A DNA stretch of 64,000 nt. It comes from an uncultured Candidatus Saccharibacteria bacterium. GTDB lineage: Bacteria > Patescibacteriota > UBA1384 > CAILIB01. Position numbers and translations under genes: made by a program. Positions within the stretch are counted from its first letter, which is position 1, and the number at the start of each line of letters is the position of its first letter. The stretch covers positions 233,929-297,928 of the forward strand of contig CAZQKK010000001.1 in assembly GCA_964593885.1 (NCBI GenBank), given 5' to 3'. Below the pieces are notes generated by a model. It was not told where the DNA came from. It saw only the letters and a list, made by a program, of their open reading frames with translations, and made no database searches. Of the stretch, positions 47,316 through 56,497 are shown piece by piece.

Positions 47316-48704
47316 TTACAAGTTTGCCGGGCGATAGCGGTAGCTAAGCGCCTCCTCAACTGCGCATACATTTACGTGGTTTGCAGCATCCAGGTTTGTG
47401 ATAACCTGTGAAACACGCTTCACGTTAACCTGCGTACGCGGTGTAAGCTTTTCAGCATGTACCACACCATCAAAAAACACCTCAGCCTCTCGCGTGAAGT
47501 CTGGCGAAGTGCTCGTACCCCAAGCACGCCTAATTGCCTCAGCAACTTCCTTAGCCTTAGGGGCAGTCTCTGTTTCTTGAGGAGCCGACATGTAGATTGA
47601 AAGGGGAAACCTCTGGTAGATTGCTTCTGAAAAGCTGCGCTGGTACCTTGCAAGATCACCGGGTGAACAGGTACAGGTTCCTGTACTCTCGCCAAATCTA
47701 CCACAAAAGCAGGTATTCTGTGCCGCAACTATTGCCGTTGCATAGCCAGTACCACCTTGTGGAGTTTCTAGTACCTGACGGAGCGTATCAACAACTTCCT
47801 TTCCCCTCTCTGGTAGCTCATCTAAGAATAGTACCCCTGAAGATGCTAGTGCTGCATAGCCACCTGGTAATAACCCTAGCTTCCTAAACAGTTGAGTAGG
47901 AGTTGACTCTAGGTTTGGAGTTAGCACACACCTCTCAAAAGTCTTTGGCGTAGCGAGGCCAGCACGTGTGTAGGCAGCTGACATGACTGCGTACTCTGTT
48001 TCAGAAAATTGGGGGAGCAGCTCTCCCGCTGATCTCACGAGTAGCGTTTTACCAACCCCTGAAGGACCAGTAACAAGCAGGGGTATTTTTCCAGCAAGTG
48101 AAATGCTGAGTACCCGCTTGGCTACGGCATGACCCACCACTTGATCAAAAAGGTACTTTTTATTCTCTCTAACTTTCAGAGAAGCTGCCTCATGTTTACT
48201 CTTAGTGCGGAAAGCAACTGGAAGCTGAGAGATCCTACCAAGCGACGTGTAGGAAACCCCTGAAACCTCCTGGAGTAAGTACCTCATCACCTCAGGCAAA
48301 AGGCAAAGCTCTCTTTCAAGACCAGCTCTGCGAAGTATGGAGGTAGCGTGTTGAAATTCTCGAACTTCACCTGTAAGTGATACTTCACCAAGAACAACTA
48401 TGCCTTCAGGAATGATAACCTGCCTATCGGCCGCAAGGATAGCTGCCGCAATAGCCAGATCTAGCGAATTCCCTTCTTTCAACCTTTCTGTGGGCGAAAC
48501 ACAAATGTACACCTTACCCTTTGGCCACGAGTAGCCGGATGCCCTTAGTGATGTTTCCAGTCTTTTTATGCCCTCAAGTGCACTTTTACTCAAGTTGCCC
48601 GTCACCTCAACACTAGGAAGGCCTGGTCTAATGGCAACTTCAACCATCACCTTACAGGCCTCCCTTGATGACATGCAGTACGATTGAGTAGTTGCTATCT
48701 TCAT
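47316..48704 (-). CDS. comM: Mg-chelatase-like AAA+ ATPase YifB/ComM
   Basis: N-terminal Lon-protease-like domain, AAA+ VVGHAVAKRVLSISLAGKIPLLVTGPSGVGKTLL, C-terminal Mg-chelatase ChlI-like domain. Confidence 0.85.
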   Translation of the reverse strand: MKIATTQSYCMSSREACKVMVEVAIRPGLPSVEVTGNLSKSALEGIKRLETSLRASGYSWPKGKVYICVSPTERLKEGNSLDLAIAAAILAADRQVIIPEGIVVLGEVSLTGEVREFQHATSILRRAGLERELCLLPEVMRYLLQEVSGVSYTSLGRISQLPVAFRTKSKHEAASLKVRENKKYLFDQVVGHAVAKRVLSISLAGKIPLLVTGPSGVGKTLLVRSAGELLPQFSETEYAVMSAAYTRAGLATPKTFERCVLTPNLESTPTQLFRKLGLLPGGYAALASSGVLFLDELPERGKEVVDTLRQVLETPQGGTGYATAIVAAQNTCFCGRFGESTGTCTCSPGDLARYQRSFSEAIYQRFPLSIYMSAPQETETAPKAKEVAEAIRRAWGTSTSPDFTREAEVFFDGVVHAEKLTPRTQVNVKRVSQVITNLDAANHVNVCAVEEALSYRYRPANL

Positions 48705-48832
48705 ACTTGCATTACTACCACTGAGTAGGCAGAGCAGCTAGTCTATTCCAAGCTTTCGTCAAACCGGACTAGTTGCTTTGGTAACCCTGTACAGAACAAA
48801 ACTATCCTGGTATATTCATTAGGCTTTCGCAC

Positions 48833-48918
48833 GCCGCGATGGTGGAATTGGTATACACACTAGCTTGAGGGGCTAGCCTAGTAATAGGGTCAGGGTTCGA
48901 GTCCCTGTCGCGGCACCA
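48833..48918 (+). tRNA. tRNA-Leu(GAG): tRNA-Leu (anticodon GAG)
   Basis: GCCGCGA..CTAGC-TTGAGGG-GCTAG, long variable arm, GGTTCGAGTCCC, TCGCGGC-A-CCA. Confidence 0.8.
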
Positions 48919-48924
48919 AAACAT

Positions 48925-49341
48925 ATGCAAGATTTTCTCCAGAAGTACAACCTTACGGCTCTGTGGCAGCCGGCTGAGCTTCTCATGGCACGACCACCTA
49001 AGCAGTGGGAACTCATGTGGGCATACGTTACCTTTGTTGGTATCTTTGCCATCTCCGCAGTAGCACTGTTGTTCTTGAGAAAAAAGCTCTCAGTTGAGCT
49101 CCACACTCAGCTCAGTAGCCTCAGTTGGACGGTAGCAATTCTCGGAACTATTCTTTTCTTCTTCAGGTACGTGAGGATTCCTTACCTGGGGACTGATCTC
49201 CTTAGACTCATCCTTGAACTTGCAGCTCTCATCTGGCTAGGCTACATAGTAGTTAGTCTCAAGCGAGCAGCACCAGTTGCAAAGCTTGCTAACCTGGTTG
49301 AAGAGCGAAGAGAGAAGTACCTTCCAAAACCAAAAAAGTAG
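48925..49341 (+). CDS. Hypothetical membrane protein
   Basis: 138 aa, three TM helices, basic C-terminus. Confidence 0.3.
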   Translation: MQDFLQKYNLTALWQPAELLMARPPKQWELMWAYVTFVGIFAISAVALLFLRKKLSVELHTQLSSLSWTVAILGTILFFFRYVRIPYLGTDLLRLILELAALIWLGYIVVSLKRAAPVAKLANLVEERREKYLPKPKK

Positions 49342-49429
49342 TTGTTTATCCGCGTAGGCAGAGTTGATTACGAATCAGTTCCCCTCTGCGGATAACCAGA
49401 GTGTTACCCAGAAGAAGGAGTCATGTCTC

Positions 49430-50653
49430 ATGACCAAAAAAGTATCTGAAGATTCCCAGACAATGGAATCACTCATCAAGGAGCAGGGCGGAAAAGTCGT
49501 ACCGTTCACCCCTGGTGCAGTTATTGAAGGAAAAGTTATCTCATCATCAGCTACCCGTATTTGGGTAGATATTGATGGTGTTGCGGTAGGTGTTATTCCT
49601 GAGCGAGAGCTATCCATGCTTTCAGGCGAACTTAAGGCAGGTGACCCAGTAGTTGCTTCAGTACTCGTACTCGAAGACGACCGCGGAAACATCGTCCTTT
49701 CACTTCGTCGTGCCGACCGTGAGCGCATTACCAATGAGCTTACCGGCCGCCTCAAGGATGGTCAGCCTATGCAGGTTAAGATTACCGACGCCAATAAGGG
49801 CGGTCTCTTGGTTGAGCTTGGTGACTACACAGGGTTCCTCCCCGTTTCACAGCTTGCCTCAGAGCACTACCCACGTGTTGAGAACGGTAACGCTGACGAG
49901 ATTTACGCACGTCTCAAAGAGTTGGTTGGTCAATCGCTCAACGTTAAGGTACTTACCTTCGACGGACAGCAGGGTAAGCTTATCTTCTCCGAGAAAGCTG
50001 CGGGCGACGCACTCCAGGAAGAGAAACTCAAGAGCATCAAAGAGAACGATGTTCTCGAGGGAACCATTACTGGTATCGTTGACTTCGGTCTCTTCGTTCG
50101 CCTAGGCGAAGGTGAGAGCGCCCTCGAAGGCCTCGTTCACATCTCTGAGATTGCTTGGGGACGTGTTACCGACATTGCTGCAATCTACAACGTAGGAGAT
50201 ACCGTTAAGGTTCTCGTTGTTTCTACTGCAGACAACAGGGTATCACTCTCAATGAAGCGACTCCTGCCAGATCCTTGGCAAGAGGCAGCTGCCAAGTACA
50301 AGGTGAACGATAATGTCAAAGGAACTGTCACTCGCGTAACCCCATTTGGTGTGTTCGTGAGGTTGGACAATGAGATTGATGGCCTCGTTCACATCTCTGA
50401 GATTGCTAATGAGAGAATTACCGACCCAGGTACTATCCTGCACATGGGAGAGACATTTGAGTTCAAGATCATTTCAATTGATCCAACCCAGCACCGTCTC
50501 GGTCTCTCATACAAGCGATTGAACGAACCTGAAGAGAAGGAAGCTGTTGCTGAAGATGGTAAGGAAAAGAAGGTTGCGAAGAAGAAAGCCACAACCAAGA
50601 AGAAACTCCTTGACCAGATTGAACGCAGTGAAGACGAAGAAGTAGCCGCTTAA
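49430..50653 (+). CDS. rpsA: 30S ribosomal protein S1 (short form, about 4 S1 domains) with Lys-rich C-terminal tail
   Basis: Repeated S1 OB-fold signatures (G.V.G.V..I..FG.FV). AAGGAG RBS 11 nt upstream of the chosen ATG; the track ORF starts at 49364. Confidence 0.85.
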   Translation: MTKKVSEDSQTMESLIKEQGGKVVPFTPGAVIEGKVISSSATRIWVDIDGVAVGVIPERELSMLSGELKAGDPVVASVLVLEDDRGNIVLSLRRADRERITNELTGRLKDGQPMQVKITDANKGGLLVELGDYTGFLPVSQLASEHYPRVENGNADEIYARLKELVGQSLNVKVLTFDGQQGKLIFSEKAAGDALQEEKLKSIKENDVLEGTITGIVDFGLFVRLGEGESALEGLVHISEIAWGRVTDIAAIYNVGDTVKVLVVSTADNRVSLSMKRLLPDPWQEAAAKYKVNDNVKGTVTRVTPFGVFVRLDNEIDGLVHISEIANERITDPGTILHMGETFEFKIISIDPTQHRLGLSYKRLNEPEEKEAVAEDGKEKKVAKKKATTKKKLLDQIERSEDEEVAA

Positions 50654-50662
50654 CGCCTATCC

Positions 50663-51133
50663 ATGATTATCTCCTACACAGCTACTGGTGATGTTCAGCT
50701 CAAAACGAAAACTGAACCAGTAGTTCTGGGTAGTAGCATCAAGGTTGGTAGTTACACGATTCCAGGCCCCGGCGAGTACGACATTGCCTCCATCCAGTGT
50801 GAGGGGCAGGCCGTATCTGGGGCTTTCGTGTATCTTGTCAGGGACGAAGATCTCCTGATCACCCTACTCACCACCCTTGACCCCGCTGCTGCCAAACTTG
50901 ATGGCATTTCAGACACCGCAGTGCTGGTACTTGATATTAGGAGCGATGACACGCCAGAGGCAGCTAAGAGCATCATCAAAGCCATTGAGCCTGCCTACGT
51001 ATTCCTCATTGGAGCAGGTGCCACCCCAGCTTTCATTACACAACTTGGTATACCAGTTGCAGAGTCAGCAAGCCTTAAGGTGACAAAGATTGGCTTACCT
51101 CTAGAAGGAACTACCGTTATCCCTAACGCCTAG
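50663..51133 (+). CDS. Hypothetical protein
   Basis: 156-aa ORF between rpsA and the DHH gene, no motif recognised. Confidence 0.3.
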   Translation: MIISYTATGDVQLKTKTEPVVLGSSIKVGSYTIPGPGEYDIASIQCEGQAVSGAFVYLVRDEDLLITLLTTLDPAAAKLDGISDTAVLVLDIRSDDTPEAAKSIIKAIEPAYVFLIGAGATPAFITQLGIPVAESASLKVTKIGLPLEGTTVIPNA

Positions 51134-51135
51134 CC

Positions 51136-52110
51136 GTGGATAGCCTTGTTGCTCACCTTCGTGAGCATAGCCGCTTCATCCTCGTATCTCATGTCAGGCC
51201 TGATGGGGATGCGGTAGGGTCGCTCCTAGGTCTCTCGTACGGCCTCCACCAACTGGGAAAGGAGGTGACTCCTGTTCTTGTTGATGGTGTACCGAAAGCT
51301 TTCACGTTTTTGACTGATCGAATCCTCCCTGTACAAGAAGTACTTCCTAAGCCAGATACTGAGAGCATCTGCGTGCTCCTTGATGCCGCTGATGCCTCTC
51401 GGTGTGGTGATAGGGAAACCCTGCGCGAGTACGCAAATCGTCAGCGACTCATGGTTATCGATCACCACCCACTTGGTGATCTAGAGCCGAAAGCCCTTGC
51501 CTACTTTCACAACCTGGAAGCCTCCTCTACCTCAGAGATGGTTTACCATATTCTCGTTCAGCTTGGGTGCAGGATTACCCCGCAGATTGCGACATGCCTC
51601 TACTGTGGGATGTACACAGACACATCAGGCTTTAGGCACAGCAACACGACAACTACCACACTTGAAGTTGCCGCCGAACTCCTCAAACGGGGAGCAAACT
51701 TACGAAAAATTGTTGCTGAAATAGGTCAACAGAAGAGCATCTCAAGGTTACGCCTTACAGGTATTGCTATGCGGCGTGTCATGGTGAGCAAACGTTGGAA
51801 TACTGCATACTCGGTAGTGCAGCACGCTGATATTCTGGAGAACGAAGCAACTCCCGATGACGTAACGGGGATTGTGAACCAGGTGAGCGTCTTACCTGGT
51901 GTATCAAGCTTCATGATGCTCACCGAGGAGAAACCAGGAGTAATTAAGGGATCACTCAGAGTACCAGATGGAACTAAGCACAAGATTTCAGTGAGACCGC
52001 TTGCTAAGCTACTTGGCGGTGGTGGTCACAGCAGTGCGGCTGGGTTTGAAATCACCGGTTCGCTCAACCATACTGATGGGGCACATGGGGGGAGTTGGCG
52101 AGTAGACTAG
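51136..52110 (+). CDS. DHH-family phosphoesterase (NrnA-like), second paralogue
   Basis: DHH motif ILVSHVRPDGDAVGS, DHHA1 motif GGGGHSSAAGFE. Confidence 0.7.
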   Translation: MDSLVAHLREHSRFILVSHVRPDGDAVGSLLGLSYGLHQLGKEVTPVLVDGVPKAFTFLTDRILPVQEVLPKPDTESICVLLDAADASRCGDRETLREYANRQRLMVIDHHPLGDLEPKALAYFHNLEASSTSEMVYHILVQLGCRITPQIATCLYCGMYTDTSGFRHSNTTTTTLEVAAELLKRGANLRKIVAEIGQQKSISRLRLTGIAMRRVMVSKRWNTAYSVVQHADILENEATPDDVTGIVNQVSVLPGVSSFMMLTEEKPGVIKGSLRVPDGTKHKISVRPLAKLLGGGGHSSAAGFEITGSLNHTDGAHGGSWRVD

Positions 52111-52193
52111 CCGCGGTGGTGGAATGGTATACACAGGGGACTTAAAATCCCCAGAGGCAACTCATGCGGGTTCGAGTCCCGCCCGCGGTACCA
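52110..52193 (+). tRNA. tRNA-Leu(UAA): tRNA-Leu (anticodon UAA)
   Basis: GCCGCGG..GGGGA-CTTAAAA-TCCCC, long variable arm, GGGTTCGAGTCCC, CCGCGGT-A-CCA. Confidence 0.8.
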
Positions 52194-52198
52194 CAAAA

Positions 52199-52222
52199 AA
52201 TACCCCAAACGGGGTATTTTTT
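52199..52222 (+). terminator. Rho-independent terminator after tRNA-Leu(UAA)
   Basis: TACCCCaaacGGGGTA followed by TTTTTT. Confidence 0.75.
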
Positions 52223-52238
52223 GTTTTGAGGAACCCTT

Positions 52239-52532
52239 CTAGCGCGGACGCTTGAGGAAGCTTCCTGCAAACACTGAAAGTAGGATTCCAGTTCCAAGGC
52301 AGCTTGCTGCTGTCCAGAGTGCCGGAACCGCATACAGTGTCAGGTTGTCAGTCAGTGAAAAGAATAGGGCGACTAGGAGGAATAGAAAACCGAATAGCGA
52401 AATGCCACCTGCAATCAGAATGAGCACCACACCAGCGGCAAGCTTCTTGAGGTATGGAGCGAGGGGTGAAACCGCACGCTTAACCGAGTACTCAATCTGC
52501 TCCTCTAAGAGTGCACCAAAAAATTTGAACAC
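52239..52532 (-). CDS. YqjE-like (DUF1469/holin-X-like) small membrane protein
   Basis: 97 aa, two TM helices. Sits directly downstream of a DUF883 gene, as in the E. coli yqjD-yqjE pair. Confidence 0.45.
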   Translation of the reverse strand: MFKFFGALLEEQIEYSVKRAVSPLAPYLKKLAAGVVLILIAGGISLFGFLFLLVALFFSLTDNLTLYAVPALWTAASCLGTGILLSVFAGSFLKRPR

Positions 52533-52536
52533 TTGG

Positions 52537-52848
52537 TTAGTCTCGTGACTTTCTGATCAAGAAACCGAGGAGGAGACCAACGGCACCTGCAACTGCTGCA
52601 ACCTGCCAAGGATTCTCTTCTGCATAGGCTTGCGTCTTATCAGCTGCAAGCTTTGCTTTCTCTCTTCCCATTTCACCGTAGTGTCGAGCCTTGCTCATGA
52701 GGTGCATCATTTTTTCACGAGCATCTTCTACTTCTTCCTCAAATAGCTCTTCACCTTTTTCCACACCCTTACCCACAAGTTGAGAGACATCCCTACGTAG
52801 TGCCTCCAGGTCTCGCTTTAGGTCCTTGAGTTCTGTGTTTCGTTCCAT
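52537..52848 (-). CDS. DUF883 (ElaB/YqjD/YgaM-like) ribosome- and membrane-associated protein
   Basis: Coiled-coil N-terminus. C-terminal ENPWQVAAVAGAVGLLLGFLIRKSR is the characteristic DUF883 TM tail. Confidence 0.65.
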   Translation of the reverse strand: MERNTELKDLKRDLEALRRDVSQLVGKGVEKGEELFEEEVEDAREKMMHLMSKARHYGEMGREKAKLAADKTQAYAEENPWQVAAVAGAVGLLLGFLIRKSRD

Positions 52849-52905
52849 GCGTTACTTTACGGCTAGGTAAGCCCCTTATACCACCCTGGACTAGGATTAG
52901 CAAGG

Positions 52906-53418
52906 ATGCAGCTTCCTTTCACTCTCTTTGAGCCGTATACTAGTCATATGCAGTTTCAGGTGCCGCAAAACATCGCAATGGAGGATCGAATTGTTGGTCC
53001 GCTAACGGTGATACAGTTCGTCATCGTCGTAGTTGGTGGTGGAATCGCGTTTTTCATCTTCAACCAAAACTCACTCCCACCTGTTCTCACTAGGAGCGTA
53101 GCCGGAAGCATCGCCCTCCTCACCGCAATCATTGCAATCGGGAAATTCAATGACCAGCCGATGTACCGGTTTTTCAAGTACATCATTGCATTTGTTATCA
53201 CGCCTAAAACCAGGGTTTGGCACAAGAACGGTGGAGAGGTAAACCTGATCAAGCCGAGCGAAGCTAAAGATGAGGGTTCGCACCTCCACGCTCCAAAACG
53301 GGTTTCTAAGGCCGACATTGCTCGCCTAGCAAGCGTACTCGATAGTAGGGGAAGAGAAGGAAGTCTACCCCGAGTTACATCCCCTAGTTCACCTCAAAAG
53401 AGCAGCAAGAATCCATGA
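52906..53418 (+). CDS. PrgI-family / VirB3-like type IV secretion membrane protein
   Basis: Two TM helices (LTVIQFVIVVVGGGIAFFIF, SIALLTAIIAIG) then KYIIAFVITPKTRVW. Position immediately upstream of the VirB4-like genes. ATGA overlap with the next gene. Confidence 0.5.
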   Translation: MQLPFTLFEPYTSHMQFQVPQNIAMEDRIVGPLTVIQFVIVVVGGGIAFFIFNQNSLPPVLTRSVAGSIALLTAIIAIGKFNDQPMYRFFKYIIAFVITPKTRVWHKNGGEVNLIKPSEAKDEGSHLHAPKRVSKADIARLASVLDSRGREGSLPRVTSPSSPQKSSKNP

Positions 53419-54251
53419 GCACAAACGTTCACTCAACTCAGGATCACCTCCCCATCGCTGGAATCCAGGATGGCGTGGTTATTATGAATGACGGCAGCCT
53501 CCGTGTGGTTCTGAAAGCCGAACCTGTCAACTTTGAGCTGAAATCTGAGAACGAGCAGAATGCCATCATCTACAGCTACCAGTCGTTCCTCAACTCTCTA
53601 GACTTCCCTATCCAAATTCTCATTCAGTCTAAGAAGCTTGATCTCGAGCAGTACCTCATCAGGATGCAAGAGAACGAGAAGCTCCTCACCAACGAGCTCC
53701 TCAAGATTCAGATTAACGATTACACAGGATTCGTGAGACGCTTGATTAGTGTTGCCAACATCATGGCAAAGCGTTTTTACGTAGTGATCAGCCACAGCAT
53801 CGTGAACAAGCACACGAGCATGAACCAGATTAACTCGCTCATCCCCCACAGGCCAACCGGGCCACTCTTAGAGCAGAATGAGTTTGACCTCATGAGATCA
53901 GAAGCTTACAACAAGGCGGGAATTGCTGCGGGAGGACTGAGCAGGCTAGGTGTTAAGGCAAGTGCCCTAGAAACCCAGGAACTGATTGAGCTCTTCTATG
54001 CCATCTACAACCCGGATGTGGCAGCTGAGGAGCGTCTGACAAGCCTCCAGAACCTCAGCACCGGTATCGTAACCTCACCCGAGGCTGAAGCACTTGCGGT
54101 AGAGCAGATTATTAACCAAGCAGACGCCCTTACAAACGCTACTATGCCGCCAGCCCCTGAAGCAACACCTAGAGAAGTACCAGATGAGATGTTGGTAGAT
54201 ACCATGCCAGGCGACACACTGCCAATTGAGAACCAAGAACCGGAGGTTTAG
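53415..54251 (+). CDS. VirB4-family N-terminal region (first part of a VirB4-like protein interrupted by an in-frame TAG)
   Basis: N-terminus IAGIQDGVVIMNDGSLRVVLKAEPVNFELKSENEQNAIIYSYQSFLNSL resembles the start of Gram-positive VirB4 homologues (TraE/PrgJ/TcpF type). Same reading frame as 54255-56051. Confidence 0.45.
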   Translation: MSTNVHSTQDHLPIAGIQDGVVIMNDGSLRVVLKAEPVNFELKSENEQNAIIYSYQSFLNSLDFPIQILIQSKKLDLEQYLIRMQENEKLLTNELLKIQINDYTGFVRRLISVANIMAKRFYVVISHSIVNKHTSMNQINSLIPHRPTGPLLEQNEFDLMRSEAYNKAGIAAGGLSRLGVKASALETQELIELFYAIYNPDVAAEERLTSLQNLSTGIVTSPEAEALAVEQIINQADALTNATMPPAPEATPREVPDEMLVDTMPGDTLPIENQEPEV

Positions 54252-54254
54252 CAC

Positions 54255-56051
54255 ATGAAATTTCCATTCTTCAATAAATCTAACGGTGATGAGGCGGTAA
54301 TTGCCCAGCAAGACGCTGCCCTTTCTGCATACCAAGAAGGTCTCACCACTACCCGTGACATCATTGCCCCTTCTGATTTCCTGGTAACTACCAACTACAT
54401 CCAGCTTGGGACCTACTTTGTGAGGACCATTTTCGTCTACACCTACCCAAGGTTCCTCAACACCAACTGGCTCTCACCAATCATCAACTACGACTTCACG
54501 ATGGACATAAGCATGTTCATCATTCCTGAGGACGGTAGACAGGTAATGGAGTCGCTCAAGCGAAAGATGACCCAGCTTGAATCAACTAGAATGGTTGAGC
54601 AGGAGAAGGGATTAGTGCGAGACCCTGAGCTTGATACCGCCATCCACGACATCGACGAGCTCCGCGAGAGCCTCTCCCAGGGGCAGAACCGCCTCTTCCA
54701 GTACTCGCTCTACTTCACCATCTACGCAAAGAGCCTTGAGGAGTTGAACACCTTGAGCAAACAGCTTGAGTCTACCCTAGGAGGATCGCTCATTTACACC
54801 AAGGAGGCGGTTGTCCAGATGGAGCAAGGATTCAATTCCACCATTCCAATCATGTCTGATCAGCTGAGTATCCTGCGTAACCTGGACACCGCCTCACTCT
54901 CAACAACCTTCCCCTTCTCCTCAGCTGAGCTCACCTCAGACAACGGCATCCTCTACGGCATTAACCGTCACAACGACTCGCTCATTCTGTTTGATAGGTT
55001 CAACCTAGAGAACGCAAACTCTGTGGTGTTTGCCACATCTGGCGCTGGAAAGTCCTACTTCGTGAAGCTTGAGATTCTGAGGTACCTGATGCTCGGAACC
55101 GACGTGGTAATTATCGACCCAGAAAATGAGTACCAGAAACTAGCCGAGGCTGTGGGAGGTAACTACCTCGAGATTAGCCTCAACTCTGCCCAGAGAATCA
55201 ATCCTTTTGATCTCCCCGTTACTAGCCACCCAGAGGATGAGGCTGAAGATCTGCTTAGGTCTAACATCACCACCCTCCACGGTCTCATTAGGTTGATGGT
55301 AGGAGGACTTACCCCTGAGGAAGATGCATTGCTTGATAAGGCCCTCTACGAGGCATACGCGCTTCGCGATATCACCTCTGACCCCTCAACCCAGAGGAAT
55401 ACTCCCCCAGTTATGTCAGACCTGATTGCAGTTCTTGCAAACCTTAGGGGTGCCGAGAACCTCATTCTTCGCCTAGGCAAGTACGTTGAGGGAACCTTTG
55501 CCAACCTGTTCAACCAGCCTACCAACTTTAAGCTAGACAGCGGCCTCGTAGTCTTTTCAGTACGAGACCTTGAAGAGTCTCTTCGCCCCATTGCCATCTT
55601 CATGATCCTCAACTACATCTGGAATAACGTGAGGGCTGAGATGAAGCGAAGGCTCATGGTAGTTGATGAGGCGTGGTGGATGATGCAGTACGAGGACTCT
55701 GCCAGGTTCCTCTACGGCCTAGCCAAACGTGCCCGTAAGTACTTCCTTGGCCTCACCATCATTTCGCAGGACGTTGAAGACTTCCTTGCCAACAAGTACG
55801 GGAAGGCAGTGGTATCAAACTCGGCTATGCAGATCCTCTTGAAGCAGAGTACCTCGTCAATTGACGTGATTAGCCAGGTATTCAACCTCACTGAGCAGGA
55901 GAAGTACCTCCTCATTAACGCCTCGGTAGGGGAAGGGCTCTTCTTTGCTGGTCTCAACCATGTGGCAGTAAAGATTACCGCCTCCTACACTGAGGATCAG
56001 ATCATTACCTCAGACCCAAAGCAGCTCTTAGCAATGCGTTCAGCCTCGTAA
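54255..56051 (+). CDS. VirB4/TraC/CagE-family type IV secretion ATPase (ATPase part)
   Basis: IAPSDFLVTTNYIQLGTYFVRTIFVYTYPR domain, Walker A VVFATSGAGKSYFVK, Walker B RLMVVDEAWWMM, ISQDVEDF. GGAGG RBS 9 nt upstream. Confidence 0.8.
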   Translation: MKFPFFNKSNGDEAVIAQQDAALSAYQEGLTTTRDIIAPSDFLVTTNYIQLGTYFVRTIFVYTYPRFLNTNWLSPIINYDFTMDISMFIIPEDGRQVMESLKRKMTQLESTRMVEQEKGLVRDPELDTAIHDIDELRESLSQGQNRLFQYSLYFTIYAKSLEELNTLSKQLESTLGGSLIYTKEAVVQMEQGFNSTIPIMSDQLSILRNLDTASLSTTFPFSSAELTSDNGILYGINRHNDSLILFDRFNLENANSVVFATSGAGKSYFVKLEILRYLMLGTDVVIIDPENEYQKLAEAVGGNYLEISLNSAQRINPFDLPVTSHPEDEAEDLLRSNITTLHGLIRLMVGGLTPEEDALLDKALYEAYALRDITSDPSTQRNTPPVMSDLIAVLANLRGAENLILRLGKYVEGTFANLFNQPTNFKLDSGLVVFSVRDLEESLRPIAIFMILNYIWNNVRAEMKRRLMVVDEAWWMMQYEDSARFLYGLAKRARKYFLGLTIISQDVEDFLANKYGKAVVSNSAMQILLKQSTSSIDVISQVFNLTEQEKYLLINASVGEGLFFAGLNHVAVKITASYTEDQIITSDPKQLLAMRSAS

Positions 56052-56055
56052 ACCT

Positions 56056-56496
56056 ATGCGCAAACTGTTCCTCTCACTCCTTCTAGCACTGTGCATTCTT
56101 GCACCATTTAGTGGGTCGGTTACTAGTGTACGTGCAGAAAAAATAGAGGAGGTAAGCTTAGGTAGGGACAAAAACGGGAACCCAACAAGGGTGGAGAAGA
56201 ATTGCTACTGGGATAAAGATACGAAGGGTATCCTCGTTGACTACAAAGTTGTTCAGGGAACAGCCCCAGGTAGTGAAAAGGTCTTCACGTGCTACCTGAG
56301 GGTTTTCCTAGCCGGAAACAGCGCACTCATCGTCACTGTTGCGGTGATTATTGTGGTGTTTTCAGGCATCCAGTACATGCTTGCCCTTGGAAACAGTGGC
56401 ACCCAGGCTAAGGCGAAGCAACGCGTGGTAAGCGTTCTTACGGGAGTTGTTTTTCTAACCCTCATCAGGTTCTTCCTAACGATAATCAAGGGGTAG
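56056..56496 (+). CDS. VirB2/TrbC-like pilin family protein (T4SS-linked paralogue 6)
   Basis: Signal peptide. Two TM helices separated by a Lys-rich loop (ALGNSGTQAKAKQR). Confidence 0.5.
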   Translation: MRKLFLSLLLALCILAPFSGSVTSVRAEKIEEVSLGRDKNGNPTRVEKNCYWDKDTKGILVDYKVVQGTAPGSEKVFTCYLRVFLAGNSALIVTVAVIIVVFSGIQYMLALGNSGTQAKAKQRVVSVLTGVVFLTLIRFFLTIIKG

Positions 56497-56497
56497 C

